Shown: positions 52,675-64,000 of the stretch, in pieces
How the letters are laid out: each line of letters starts with the position of its first letter
Position numbering within the stretch: the stretch's first letter is position 1
From: Mobula hypostoma
Taxonomy: Eukaryota
Length of the DNA stretch: 64,000 nt
Direction of reading: 5' to 3'
NCBI RefSeq assembly: GCF_963921235.1
Contig: NC_086108.1
Location: 105,960,001-106,024,000 of the forward strand
The notes under the pieces: model-generated
What the model was told of the DNA's origin: nothing
Seen by the model: the letters and a program-made list of their open reading frames with translations, nothing else
Database searches by the model: none
Program-made: the position numbers and the translations under genes

Positions 52675-54310
52675 CAGTGGCATGCACAAGTTTGGGCACC
52701 TCTGGTCAAAATTTCAGTTACTGTGAATAGCTAGGCGAGTAAAAGGTGACCTGATTTCCAAAAGGCATAAAGTTAAAGACGACATATTTCTTTAATATTT
52801 TAAGCAAGATTACTTTTTTTATTTCCATCTTTTACAGGTTCAAAATAACAAAAAAGGAAAAGGGCCCAAAACAAAAGTTTGGGCACCCTGCATGGCATTA
52901 CTTAGTAACAACCCCTTTGGCAAGTATCACAGCTTGTAAACGCTTTCTGTAGCCAGCTAAGAATTTTTCAATTCTTGTTTGGGGGATTTTCACCCATTCT
53001 TCCTTGCAAAAGGCTTCTAGTTCTGTGAGATTCTTGGGCCGTCTTTCATGCACTGCTCTTTTGAGGTCTATCCACAGGTTTTCGATGATGCTTAGGTCTG
53101 GGGATTGTGAGGGTCATGGCAAAACCTTCAGCTTGTGCCTCTTGAAGTAGTCCATTGTGGATTTTGAGGTGTGTTTAGGATCATTACCCTGTTGTACCCT
53201 CTTTTCATCTTCAGCTTTTTTACAGACGGTGTGATGTTTGCTTCCAGAATTTGCTGGTATTTAATTCAATTCATTCTTCCCTCTACCAGTGAAATTTTTC
53301 CAGTGCCACTGGCTGCAACACAAGCCCAAAGCATGATCGATCCACCCCCGTGCTTAACAATTGAAGAGGTGTTCTTTTCATGAAATTCTTTTCTCCAAAC
53401 ATACCAAACATACATCCAAACATGTTTTCTCCAAACATACATGCTCATTGCGGCCAAAAAGTTCTATTTTAACTTCATCAGTACACAGGACTTGTTTCCA
53501 AAATGCATCAGGCTTGTTTTGATGTTCTTTTGCAAACTTCTGACACTGAAGGTGTTGAGGACGTAGGAAAGGTTTTTTTCTGATGACTCTTGCATGGAGA
53601 TCGTATTTGTGCAGGTGTCGCTGCACAGTAGAACAGTGCACCACCACTCCAAAGTCTGCTAAATCTTCCTGATGGTCTTTTGCAGTCAAACGAGGGTTTT
53701 GATTTGCCTTTCTAACAATCCTATTGGCAGTTCTATAGGAAAGTTTTCTTGGTCTTCCAGACCTCAACTTGACCTCCACCATTCCTTTTAACTGCTATTT
53801 CTTAATTACATTACAAACTGAGGAAATGGCTACCTGAAAATGCTTTGCTATCTTCTTATAACCTTCTCCTGGTTTGTGGGCATCAATTATTTTAATTTTC
53901 AGAGTGCTAGGCAGCTGGTTAGAGGAGCTCATGGCTGCTGATAGTTGGGACAAGGTTTGAGGAGTCAGGGTATTTATAAAGCTTTGAAATTTGCATCACC
54001 TGGCATTTCCTAACGATGATTGTGAACAAGCCATAGCCCTAACAAGCTAATTAAGGTCTGAGACCTTGGTAAAAGTTATCTGAGAGCTCAAATCTCTTGG
54101 GGTGTCAAACTTTTGCATGGTGCTTCTTTCCTTTTTTCACTCTAAAATTGTACAAAACAAAAAATAATACACTAATCTTGCTTAAAATGTTGAAAAGAAT
54201 GCTTCATCTTTAACTTCATGACTTTTGGAGATCAGTTCATCTTCCACTCACTTAACTATTGACAGTAACAGAAATTTTGACCGGGGTGCCCAGACTTTTG
54301 CATGCCACTG
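52675..54310 (-). mobile_element. Full-size (1636 bp) IR/DR Tc1 transposon with frameshifted transposase
   Basis: TA-flanked CAGTGGCATGCA..TGCATGCCACTG; ATG at 53932; RSGRPRKL, TDEVKIELFG, VKHGGGSIMLW. Confidence 0.92.
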
Positions 54311-54573
54311 TACACCAAGTGGCCACATTAGGTACACCTGTACATCTGCTTATTAATGTAAATATCTAATCAGCTAACCATGTGGCTGAAAATCAATGCA
54401 TAAAAGCATGCAGGCATGGTCAAGAGGGTCAGTTGTTGTTCAGACCGAAAAGGAGAATAAGGAAAAATGTTATCCAAGTAGCTGTGGGATGATTGTTGAT
54501 GCCATTCAGGGTCGTTTGAGCACTTCAGAAACTGCTGATCTCCTGGGATTTTTACACACAACACTTTCTAGAG

Positions 54574-54660
54574 CAGGGGTTCCTCAAACTGGGGGAGGGG
54601 TCCATGGACCCCTTGCTTACTGGCATTATTCCATGGCATAAAAAAGGTTGGGAACCCCTA
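54574..54660. mobile_element. 87-bp hAT (Charlie-type) MITE inside a Tc1 family A fossil
   Basis: caggggttcc / ggaaccccta termini; 8-bp TSD ttctagag / ctctagag. Confidence 0.8.
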
Positions 54661-55063
54661 CTCTAGAGTTTACAGAGAATGGTGTGAAAAACAAAGAAAA
54701 AAATCCAGTGAGTGGCAGTTCCGTGGGTGAAAAGGCCTTGTTAATGAGAGAGGTCAGAGGAGAATAGCCAGACTGGTTCAACATGACAGTAACTCAAATA
54801 ACCATGCTTTACAACAACAATGGTATGCACCTCTGAACACACAATTTTGAAGTGGATGGGCTACAGCAGCAGAAGACTGTTGGAGCTTTACTAGGATGCT
54901 GCTTTACAGTGCTGGTCTAAAATGTAGTCTTTTTCCCTGGAACAAGACCAAAGGTAAGCAGGGAGTATTGACCTTCCTGTGTTTTGGCCACGGCTCGACA
55001 AGACTGAAATGAGGGGAATGCCACAACAATGAAGCACTAATTGGCTGGAAAGCGCATACTTAC

Positions 55064-55168
55064 CCTATTTAGCAGCTGACCTGCGAGGGTGCTCAGACTC
55101 TGCGGCAGAATCCATGCTTGTGACAAATAGATGCAGATTAGAGGAAGAGGACCTGCATAGTTGCAAAC
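55064..55168 (-). CDS. Candidate internal exon, 105 nt, phase 0-0 (VCNYAGPLPLICIYLSQAWILPQSLSTLAGQLLNR)
   Basis: Strong GG|gtaagtat donor; acceptor tgttgctgtcag is weaker and alternatives exist; open frame joins the 177-nt exon in phase. Confidence 0.5.
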
Positions 55169-55284
55169 CTGACAGCAACATCAGGTAGGGACTCCCCTCA
55201 GCTGACACCTTCGTTTTCCCTTACACCACTGGCCCCATCTCCCCATGCAAATTCCACCCTGCTCTTTTGTCCATCTCAGACACT

Positions 55285-56597
55285 TCTCTCTCCTTTCCCC
55301 ATCTCTCGTTCTCCACCTCTGGAGACTGACTATCTAGTGATTTTTTTTATAAACCTACTGACTCACGACTATCGTGACCATACCTCTTCTCACTCTGTTA
55401 CTTATAAGAAATATTATTCCCTTTTCACAGTTCTTCCATCTCCATTGCATCTCTTTTCAGGATGATGCTTTCCATTCTGAAACATCTAAAGTGTCTTCTT
55501 CTTCCAAAGAACAGGGTTTCCCTTCCTCGACCATTGATGATGTTGCCTTCACCCGCATCTCCTCCATTTCCTGGTCATCAGCCCTCATTTCATCTTCCAA
55601 CCACCTTAACAGGACTAGAGTCCCTCTTGTCCTCACTACCACCCACATCCTTTATCGTTCTCCACGGCTTCTACGGTCTTCAAAGGGATCCTACCACTAA
55701 GTACGTCTTTCCCTCCACCTCATTCTCTGCTTTTCACAGGGATCACTCTCTATATGAATCCCTTTTCCACTCACCCCGTCCCACTGATCTCCCTCTTAGC
55801 ACTTACCCCTACAAGTGGGAGAGATGCTACAGCTGCCCAGTCACCTTCTTCCTCAACTCTGTTTGCGGCCCCAAGTAGACCCTAGAGGTAAGGAGACACC
55901 TTCACCTATGAGTCGATCGGGGTCTTCTACTGTATCTGGTGCTCCTGATGCAGCTTTCCCTACATTGGCAAGACTAGACACAGATTAGCGGAAGGCTTTG
56001 TCAAGGACCTTCACTCTGTCTGCCAAAAAAGGAGAGATTTCCCAGTGGCTAAACACTTCCATTCCAACATGTCTGTCCTTCGTCTCCTCTACAGCCACAA
56101 CGAGGTCATTCTCAGACAGGAGGAGCAATACCTCATATTCCATTTTGGTAGCCTTCAACTTGATGGTGTAAACTTCGATTTCTCTAACTTCCAGTAATTT
56201 ATCTCTTCTCCACCTCTGTTTTGTTTATTTATTTTCCCAATCTGCCTCCCCTCTTATCCCTTCTCTTCTTCTCGCCTGCCCATCACTTTCCTCACCTGCT
56301 TGTCAATTTCCTCCTTCTTCAGGGCTTTAACTCATCCATCTCTAGCCTCCCAGCTTCTTACTGCACCTCCATTTCCTCCCGCCTGCTTTCACCTATCGCC
56401 AGCTAATTTGTACTCCTTCCCTCCCGCAACTTCTTATTCTGGCTTCTATGCACTTTCTTTCCAGTCCTGATGAAGGGTCTCAGACCGAAACATTGCTTGT
56501 TTAATCCTCTCCATAGATGTTGCCCAACTTGTTGAGTTCCTCTTGCATTTTGTGTGTATTGCTCAAGATTTCTAGCATCTGCGGAATCTCATGTTTA
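55285..56597 (+). mobile_element. Penelope-like (Neptune) element, RT C-terminus + GIY-YIG + terminal repeat, degraded
   Basis: FYKPTDSH, IPFSQF, RVPLVLT, YCIWCS..YIGKT; hammerhead remnant at 56462-56495. Confidence 0.85.
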
Positions 56598-56657
56598 TGC
56601 TAACAATGTTTAAGAAAACCTTCAGACAGTCACTTAAACTGGCAGGAAATGGAGGGA

Positions 56658-56887
56658 CGTAAACACGAGGAATTCTGCAGATGCTGGAAATTCAAGCAAC
56701 ACACATCAAAGTTGCTGGTGAATGCAGCAGGCCAGGCAGCATCTCTAGGAAGAGGTACAGTCGACGTTTCGGTCCGAGACCCTTTGTGAGTACTGACGAA
56801 GGGTCTCAGCCCAAAACGTCGACTGTACCTCTTCCTAGAGATGCTGCCTGGCCTACTGTGTTCACCAGCAACTTTGATGTGTGTTGC
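56658..56887. mobile_element. Palindromic Penelope terminal-repeat insertion with two head-to-head hammerhead motifs
   Basis: 192-bp imperfect palindrome 56696-56887 centred on agtact; 16-bp TSD gcaggaaatggaggga at 56642 and 56886. Confidence 0.88.
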
Positions 56888-59170
56888 AGGAAATGGAGGG
56901 ATATGGACTACGTACAGGCAGATGAGATTGGTTTCTACTGGCATCATGGCCGAAGGATGCAGTCCTGTACTGTACTGTTGTAATTTCTATGTTCTCTATT
57001 GGAGAAACAGGTCAAGGACTAGGAATCCTGCAGTGAGTAACTCACCCCTATTCTCCCTAGTCCGCCAAATACCAGGCTTGAGTGAGGAGTGTGATGGAAT
57101 ACACCTTGTTTCCAAAATGTCTCTTTGCCCAGAGCAACACACACAAAATACTGGAGGAACTCAGCAGCTGAGGCAGCATCTTTGAAGAAGAATAAGCAGT
57201 CAACATTTTGGGCTAAATCTCTTAATCATGACTAGAAAAGAAGGGAGAAGAACCCTGAATAAGAAGGTAGGGACAGCTGCAAGACTGTAAGGTCAGTAAT
57301 GATATGGATCCAAGTAGACATCAGCAGACTGTAACTTCCCTCCAGCGATAGACTTGGCAACGTTACACATCAGGCTCCTGGTGAAACTCTAGCGAAGAGA
57401 AGCACCACACGCACTGGTTAATTGAGCATCAGAGGGCACAGCGTCTGCACTAGAAAGGTCATTTCTGCTTTTAACATGGATCATTCAGTCATTGTGACTC
57501 TTCGTTGGGTGAAATCGAATGTTGAATAAAATGACTCTCTGAAAGGAGAATGTTTGCTGATGAAGTCCAACGTGATTAAGTTCTCCTAGAAGAAGGGATG
57601 TATGGTGGATCTTCAAACTTCCGGAAATAAATCTTGCACTTGTCCATTGAGATTGACAGTGGGGGAATTGTGTTGTCTCTTTTGTGGCAAGAACTAGGCC
57701 TAGACTGTGGGGTCACATTAGATACAACGGTCTGTTGCAGTAGCCCAGGGAAAAAGAGCTGAGGTAGTGTGAGAGAGAGTAGGTGTGTCTGCCGGGGGCA
57801 CTGGAATCTATTCTGGGTTGGGGTCTGGCCCGTCCCTCCATTATTCACTTGTTGCTGCTCTCCAGTGTTTGCTCAGTGCTACTGTCTGGTGTTCCCTCAG
57901 TGCTGCTCTCTAGTGTTCACTCCGTGGAGGAACAAGCTAGACCAGGAAAATCTACTGTTAAGCCACTCATTGACTTGGTATATAAATTGTTTGTGACTGT
58001 GTGTTTTCTGAAATTGTAACCATACAGTATGTGCAATCTGCAGTGTGCTGTGTGCAGTTGGTAACGTACTTTGTACCTTGGCCCTGGAGGGGTGCTGTTG
58101 CATTTGGCTATAGTCATGTATGGCTGAATGATAACTAAGCTTGAACTTGAGCTAGAAATGAAAACCAGATATAGAAAGGGGAAGCTGAGGCATGTATGAT
58201 CCTGGCTCTGTTCTATTTCAACTTGGAAATAACCGATCCTCTTAACATCCTTTTCTAGTGATCTCAGAATAACTGTACGTTTCCAGATTAAGTGGTGATA
58301 AAAATGAAAGGAAAAAGATATTTATTTGTTTATTTAGAGATGCAGCCTTTCTAGTTCAATAAGCCCATGCAGCCCCATGACACCCATGTGACCAATTAAG
58401 CTACCTACCTGTACATCTTTGGAATGTGGAAAGAAACCAGAGCACCTGGAGTAATTTGTCGAGCTCTGCTGTTGGTTTCCTTACTGTGTCAGTCAGATTA
58501 TCCATTTGAAGAACCCATGAGACTCTTCGTTTTGAGTGGGACAGCAGGACTACAAGGAAAGAATCTGATAGGAGAGGCAAGTGGACTATAGGAGAAAGGA
58601 GGCAAAGTGAAAGTTGGAGAGTGTTACCAACACATGGCTACACGTTGAGTTTGGAGAAAGTGGGAGGAGCCGAAGAAGAACATTTGAGATTTAGGAACAG
58701 TTCTGCCTGATGAAGAAGGGTTGCGGTGGAAGTGTCCGTGGTCTACAGCTGCTCTCAAACTGGGTTTTTTCACAGCAGTGGGTTCCCGCTCTCGGATTCA
58801 CCGACCTACCTAGGATTTTCGACACCTCCAGGAGTGGCCTGGAAGGTGTGCACCATTGGGGTGTGGCCTTTGTGGATGCGACCTAATTCCTCGCTGGTGT
58901 CACCGACTGAAGTATTGAAGGACATCGGAACAGTGTAAGGTGCTATCGAAATAAGCGACTCTGCAGAGGGTAACATTGAAACAGCGAGCTGTTGGGTTCC
59001 TTCTTGCTCTGGCAGGAGCAATACCTCTCTCTCCCTTGTTAGTGAGAAACAGCCTACAGTATGTGGAAGTGTTGGAATGAACAGTGGTTTTTTTGTTGGA
59101 CTCATGGTTAAGGTCTCTTTAGGAACTTTGCAATGGCTTGAATGGCAGGTGGTGGCAGGCTAATGTTTTT

Positions 59171-59362
59171 GCTGAGGCAGGTGATTGGAGAGTTGATGCT
59201 TTGCTGAGGCAGGTGATTGGAGGGTTGATGCTTTGCTGAGGCAGGTGATTGGAGGGTTGATGCTTTGCTGAGGCAGGTGATTGGAGAGTTGATGCTTTGC
59301 TGAGGCAGGTGATTGGAGGGTTGATGCTTTGCTGAGGCAGGTGAGTGGAGGGTTGATACTTT
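59171..59362 (+). repeat. 32-bp minisatellite x6, followed by (GA)n/(GAGG)n, inside a LINE-tailed element (~58680-59560)
   Basis: gctgaggcaggtgattggagRgttgatgcttt starting at 59171, 59203, 59235, 59267, 59299, 59331. Confidence 0.95.
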
Positions 59363-59370
59363 GCTGCTGC

Positions 59371-59419
<49 letters not shown>

Positions 59420-60292
59420 AGGGAGGGAGGGCTTTGGGGTTGTAGTATTTTCTGTCGTTCACTTTTGGGGTTTTTCTTCTGTTTCATGGATGTCCGCAGA
59501 GAGTAAGAATTTCAGGTTGTATGCTGTATACATTCTCTGATATTAAATGGAACAATTAAACCATCTAATTGGTTGGTTCTTTTATTGAGAAAGAAGAGAA
59601 GAGCTTTCAGGCCTTTATTGAGTTGAGAAGATTTACAGTAGCTGCATTTATTTAATAGGTTATGGCTTGTGGTTAATGCTTCCAAAAGAGTTTGGGTTGA
59701 GTTGTTCTCTGAGCTTGGCAATTTACTTGCAAATGTTTTGTCACCACTGCCAAGTTCAAAGAACAAGTCAACCAAACCATCAATCACCCAAACTACACAT
59801 CTTCCAAATTTAAATGTTTTTAACTGATTATAGATAGAAAATTAATAGCACAGCACAGGATCAGGCCCTACAGCCCACAGTGTCTGTGCCAGCCCCTGTG
59901 TTGATTTAACCTAATCCTAAGCACAAGAGATTTCTCAGTGTGGAATAAGATAGCAATGGAGAGAAGTTCCCAGAAAGGACAAGTGGCTGATATAGAGGGT
60001 TCGGGTGAGCACATAGCTGAAGCAATCACAGAGTGGAAGCAGTGAGTGAGGGCCTCACTGAACTCCTATCAATCGGAAGAATTAAACTTCTTCAGGGAGA
60101 CTTCACAGTGAGTTTGCAACCGATTTCTTTCTTCCCGAACATTGTCCATAACCCTCTATTACCTGCCTGTCCCTGTGCTGTTTAAATGTTTCTTAAACAT
60201 TGCTATTATTTCTTGCTATTTTTAAAATGATCATCACTTTTAAATTTATTTAAAAGGTGTTCCATGTTCTACCTATTTTCTATCTATGTTAT

Positions 60293-61005
60293 ACACACAA
60301 AATGCTGGAGGAACTCAGTAGGTCAGGCAGCATCTGTGGAAATGAATGAACAGTCAATATTTTGGGCCAAGACTCTTCTAAAGGGCTGAGAAGATTTCCC
60401 CCCTTCCTTCTCAGTCCTGAAGAAGGGTTTTGCCTGAAACATAGAAACATAGAAACCTACAGCACTTTACAGGTCCTTCGGCCCACAATGCAGTGTCGAC
60501 CATGTAACCTACTCTAGAAACTATCCCATAGCCACCTATTTTTCTAAGCTCCATGTATCTATCTAAGAGTCTCTTAAAAGGCCCCATTGTATCCACCTCT
60601 ACCACCTTCGCTGGCAGTGCATTCCACACACCCACCACTCTCTGTGTGTGAAAAATTTACCTCTGGCATCCACTTTGTACTTACTTCCAAGCACCTTAAA
60701 ACTATGCCCCCTCCTGTTAGCCATTTTAGCCCTGGGAAAAAAGCCTCTGGCTACTCACATGATCAATGCCTCTCATTATCTTATACACCTCTATCAGGTC
60801 ACCTCTCATCCTCTGTTGCTCCATGGAGGAAAAGCCAAGTTTACTCAACCTTCTGTCATAAGGCATGCTCTCCAATCCAGGCAGCATCCTCTGTTTATAA
60901 ACGTTGACTGTTTATTCATTTCCATAGATGTTGCCTGACCTGCTGATTTCCTCCAGCGTTTTGTATGTTGCTCTGGACTTCCAGCTTCTTCAGACTTTCT
61001 CATGT
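60293..61005. mobile_element. Inverted Penelope terminal-repeat pair with a CR1 3' end (60441-~60897, minus) inserted in the hammerhead core
   Basis: ctgaagaagggttttgcctgaaac | CR1 | aaacgttgactg; arms are reverse complements. Confidence 0.8.
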
Positions 61006-61464
61006 TTATTCTATGTCTGTAGGAGGGTTAGATTGATTTTAGAGTAGCCTATAATATCAGCACAACATTGTGAGCCAAAGGGACTATATTGTGCTGTTGT
61101 GTTCCACGTTTTATGTTCTTTGGTTTGGTTGATGTCAGAGTCATACAGCAGAGCATCTGACCATTCAGCTCAACTGGTTCAAACTAAGCAAGATTTTCAT
61201 CTATGCTAACTCCATTTCCCTGCAAATGGCTCATATCCCTATCAGCCATATATCCAGGTGCCTGTCGATGTACCTTCCAAATGTTGGTAATGTAACTGTA
61301 CCTTCCTCAATCACATCCTCCAGAGGTTTATTTCATGTATGGTCCACCTTCTGGGTGAAAAAGTTGTCTCTCCACTTCCTATTAAATCTATCCCCTCTCA
61401 CCTTAAACCTATGCCCTCGAGTTCTGGCATTTTTTGTAAAGATCGATCATTATTATCAGTGAGA

Positions 61465-62080
61465 AGCTCTCTTGGTCTGTCACCACAACCTCGATAGTAG
61501 GGAAGGCATGACATGCTTTACTGCCCGAGATGCTTAAAGGGATCTAATCTACCCCGAAAGTCACTGACCATCTTTTATTGATGTGTGACTGAGAGCATGC
61601 TGACACAGGGAATGAGTGTGTGGTACTCTCGCTGCAGCAAGACAGATCACAAAGCACTCCATCCGGTGATTAGGATGGCTCAGCACATCACTGGGATTCA
61701 ACTACCGGACCTGGAGACAATCTACATCTCTCGATGCCTACAGTACACTTGTAACATCATTAAAGACCCATCCCATCCCAGACTCTGTTCAATCTCCTGC
61801 CATCTAGTAGGAGATACAGAAACATCTTAGCCAAGAGAGTAAGACTGAAAAACAGCTACTTTCTGAGTACTGTTGTGTAGATGAACGATGCTACACCCTG
61901 TCTTGCCAAAGGTCTCTGACTGTTATGGATGATCAAAGTCACTTGTTGCATGTAAATATGGGAATTTTTTAAAAAGTTAAGCCATACTGCATACATTGTA
62001 AATATCTGTGTGCATGGACTGGAGTAGCACCGCAATCTCCTTGTCTTGAACAATGACAATAAAGTTCTGATCTATTCTAT
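61465..62080 (+). mobile_element. Rex1/Babar LINE 3' end (further family)
   Basis: ESMLTQGMSVWY..IIKDPSHP; aatgacaataaagttctgatctattct tail. Confidence 0.75.
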
Positions 62081-62202
62081 TTATACCAAAGAGATTGTGC
62101 AGATGCTAGAAATCCAGTGCAACACACACAAAACACTGGAAAGAACTTAGCAGATCAGACAGAATCTATGGAGAGGAATAAAGAGTCAACATTTCAGAAG
62201 GG

Positions 62203-62928
62203 TCAGAATCTGAATCAGAATCAGGTTTATTATCACCGACATGTGACGTGAAATTTGTTAACTTAGCAGCAGCAGTTCAATGCAATACATAATCCAGCAG
62301 AGAAAAAATAATAATAAATAAACAAGTAAATCAATTACGTATATTGAATCAATTTTTTAAAAAGTGCGAAAACAGAAATACTGAATACTAAAAAAAAGTG
62401 AGGTAGTGTCCAAAGATTCAATGTCCATTTAGGAATCGTTTGGCAGAGGGGAAGAAGCTGTTCCTGAATCACTGAGTGTGTGCCTTCAGGCTTCTGTACC
62501 TCCTACCTGATGGTAACAGTGAGAAAAGGGCATGCGCTGGGTGCTGGAGGTCCTTAATAATGGATGCTGCCTTTCTGAGACACCGCTCCCTAAAGATGTC
62601 CTGGGTGCTTTGTAGGCTAGTGTCCAAGATGGAGCTGACTAGATCTACAACCTTCTGTAGTTTCTTTTGGTCCTGTGTAGTAGCACCCCTATACCAGACA
62701 GTGATGCAGCCTGTCAGAATGCTCTCCACGGTGCAACTATAGAAGTTTTAGAGTGTATTTGTTGACATGCCAAATCTCTTTCAAATTCTTAATGAAGTTT
62801 AGCTGTTGACTTGCCCTCTTTATAACTACATCGATATATTGGGACCAGGTTAGATCCTCAGAGATCTTGAAACTGCTCACTCTCTCCACTTCTGATCCCT
62901 CTATGAAGATTGGTGTGTGTTCCTTCAT
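62203..62928 (-). mobile_element. Rex1/Babar LINE 3' end
   Basis: ESILTGCITVWY..LLPSGRRYRSLKAHT; (gattct)n tail. Confidence 0.88.
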
Positions 62929-63354
62929 CTCAGCTTGGCCTGCTGAGTTCCTCCAACATTTTATGTGTGTTACTATATTTTTATAAATTAATTTAAAGGG
63001 TGATCTGCATTTTTAGTTTATGTTATTTTAAATATTTTGTTAATTATTGCTTATATTATTGTGAATGAATGAGCAAAGATTTGATGGCAAACTTGGCAGC
63101 ACAACTGGAATAACACGCACAACAAATGCTGGGGGAGCTCAGCAGGTCAGTCAGCATCTATGAAGGAGAATAACTAGAATTCCAGATTCTGATGTATGTA
63201 ACACGTCTATGTAGGTCGAAACTTACTGTCAAATGCATCATTTGCATTAACATCCAGCACAGTCTGAGGATGTGCTGGGGGTAACTCACAGGTTTCGACA
63301 CACATTCCAGCTTCAACCATAAAAAATTATTTGTAGAAGCATCACAGGCATATG

Positions 63355-63512
63355 GCAGAGCTTGACAGGTTCTTGATTAGTCAGGGGATCAAAGATTATG
63401 GGGAGAAGGCAGGAAAACGTGGTTGAGAGGGATAATAAATCAGCCATGATAGAATGGGGGATGGGTCTCAATGGACCAAATAGCCTAATTCTACTCCTAG
63501 ATCTTATGGTCA
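63355..63512 (+). mobile_element. CR1 3' end
   Basis: Matches CR1 3' UTRs at 14850-15005 and 48030-48175. Confidence 0.7.
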
Positions 63513-64000
63513 TATTAGCACTTGCAAGCAAAACATAAATTAAGCATTACAATGACGCAGAATGATAGATCAAGGTGCTATTATCAAAGAATTTGATTGT
63601 CCTTCCATGAAATCCAACTCATGATCTGTCGTTCCAAGAACTTTTTATAGAAACAGTAAAGTCTTTAGAGATTGGTTTTGGTGCACTAAAAATATAGCAC
63701 AAGTTAAGTTGTTTTATAACTGGTTTTACAATCTTGGGGAGCTACAGGGAAAGAGCAATAAAAAAAAATTAAAACTACACGCCATCTGGGACTTCAGAAT
63801 GGGCTGTGCAAATGATTTTTGGCAATTTTCGCTGTCTTCTCTCTGAGCCAAGTTAAACTATTCTTGCTGGTGGAGATCCCCTCTGGATTCTATTTTCGTA
63901 TTGGTGTCGGGAATGGAAGGAGAAAGAGAAGCTGGATTAGAATCAGGTTTAATATCACTGCCATATGTTGTGAAATTTGTTTTTTGTAGAATTGCAAGAC

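Noticed and set aside
57380..57555. Minus-strand exon after cattctcctttcag
   Set aside because: Stops in all three frames within ~60 nt and only a weak donor
59171..59362. CRISPR-like array of 32-bp repeats
   Set aside because: Units are directly adjacent with no spacers, no cas genes, eukaryotic context
62469..62729. Host ALKBH8-like gene fragment
   Set aside because: The ESILTGCITVWY peptide belongs to the Rex1/Babar RT C-terminus and recurs in several copies here
63619..63770. Further minus-strand exon starting at 63741
   Set aside because: Strong acceptor, but no convincing donor before stops in all frames; cannot be linked to the other exons

Overview
Eukaryotic (vertebrate) genomic DNA that is almost entirely nested transposable elements. 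The repeat complement (HER1-type CR1 LINEs with (TTCTATG/TTTCTATG)n tails, V-SINE pieces, a Deu-domain SINE, Neptune-type Penelope elements) points to a cartilaginous fish, probably a ray or skate; that assignment is inference. Elements seen: many CR1 LINEs (one near full length at 19962-23875), Rex1/Babar LINE 3' ends, a 5'-inverted L1, a HERO-type RLE retrotransposon end, Penelope-like elements carrying hammerhead ribozyme motifs, three LTRs, four Tc1 families (one very close to Sleeping Beauty), MITEs, SINEs and a 32-bp minisatellite. Small unique islands hold four phase-compatible candidate exons of an unidentified minus-strand host gene. The most unusual structures are: (i) an LTR whose tRNA-Pro primer-binding site runs on as a ~60-nt copy of the mature tRNA and is capped by an inverted LTR end; (ii) a Sleeping Beauty-like element with two right ends; (iii) a spacer-less 192-bp double-hammerhead palindrome with its own target-site duplication. 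Family names come from recalled motifs, not database searches, and boundaries of old fragments are approximate.
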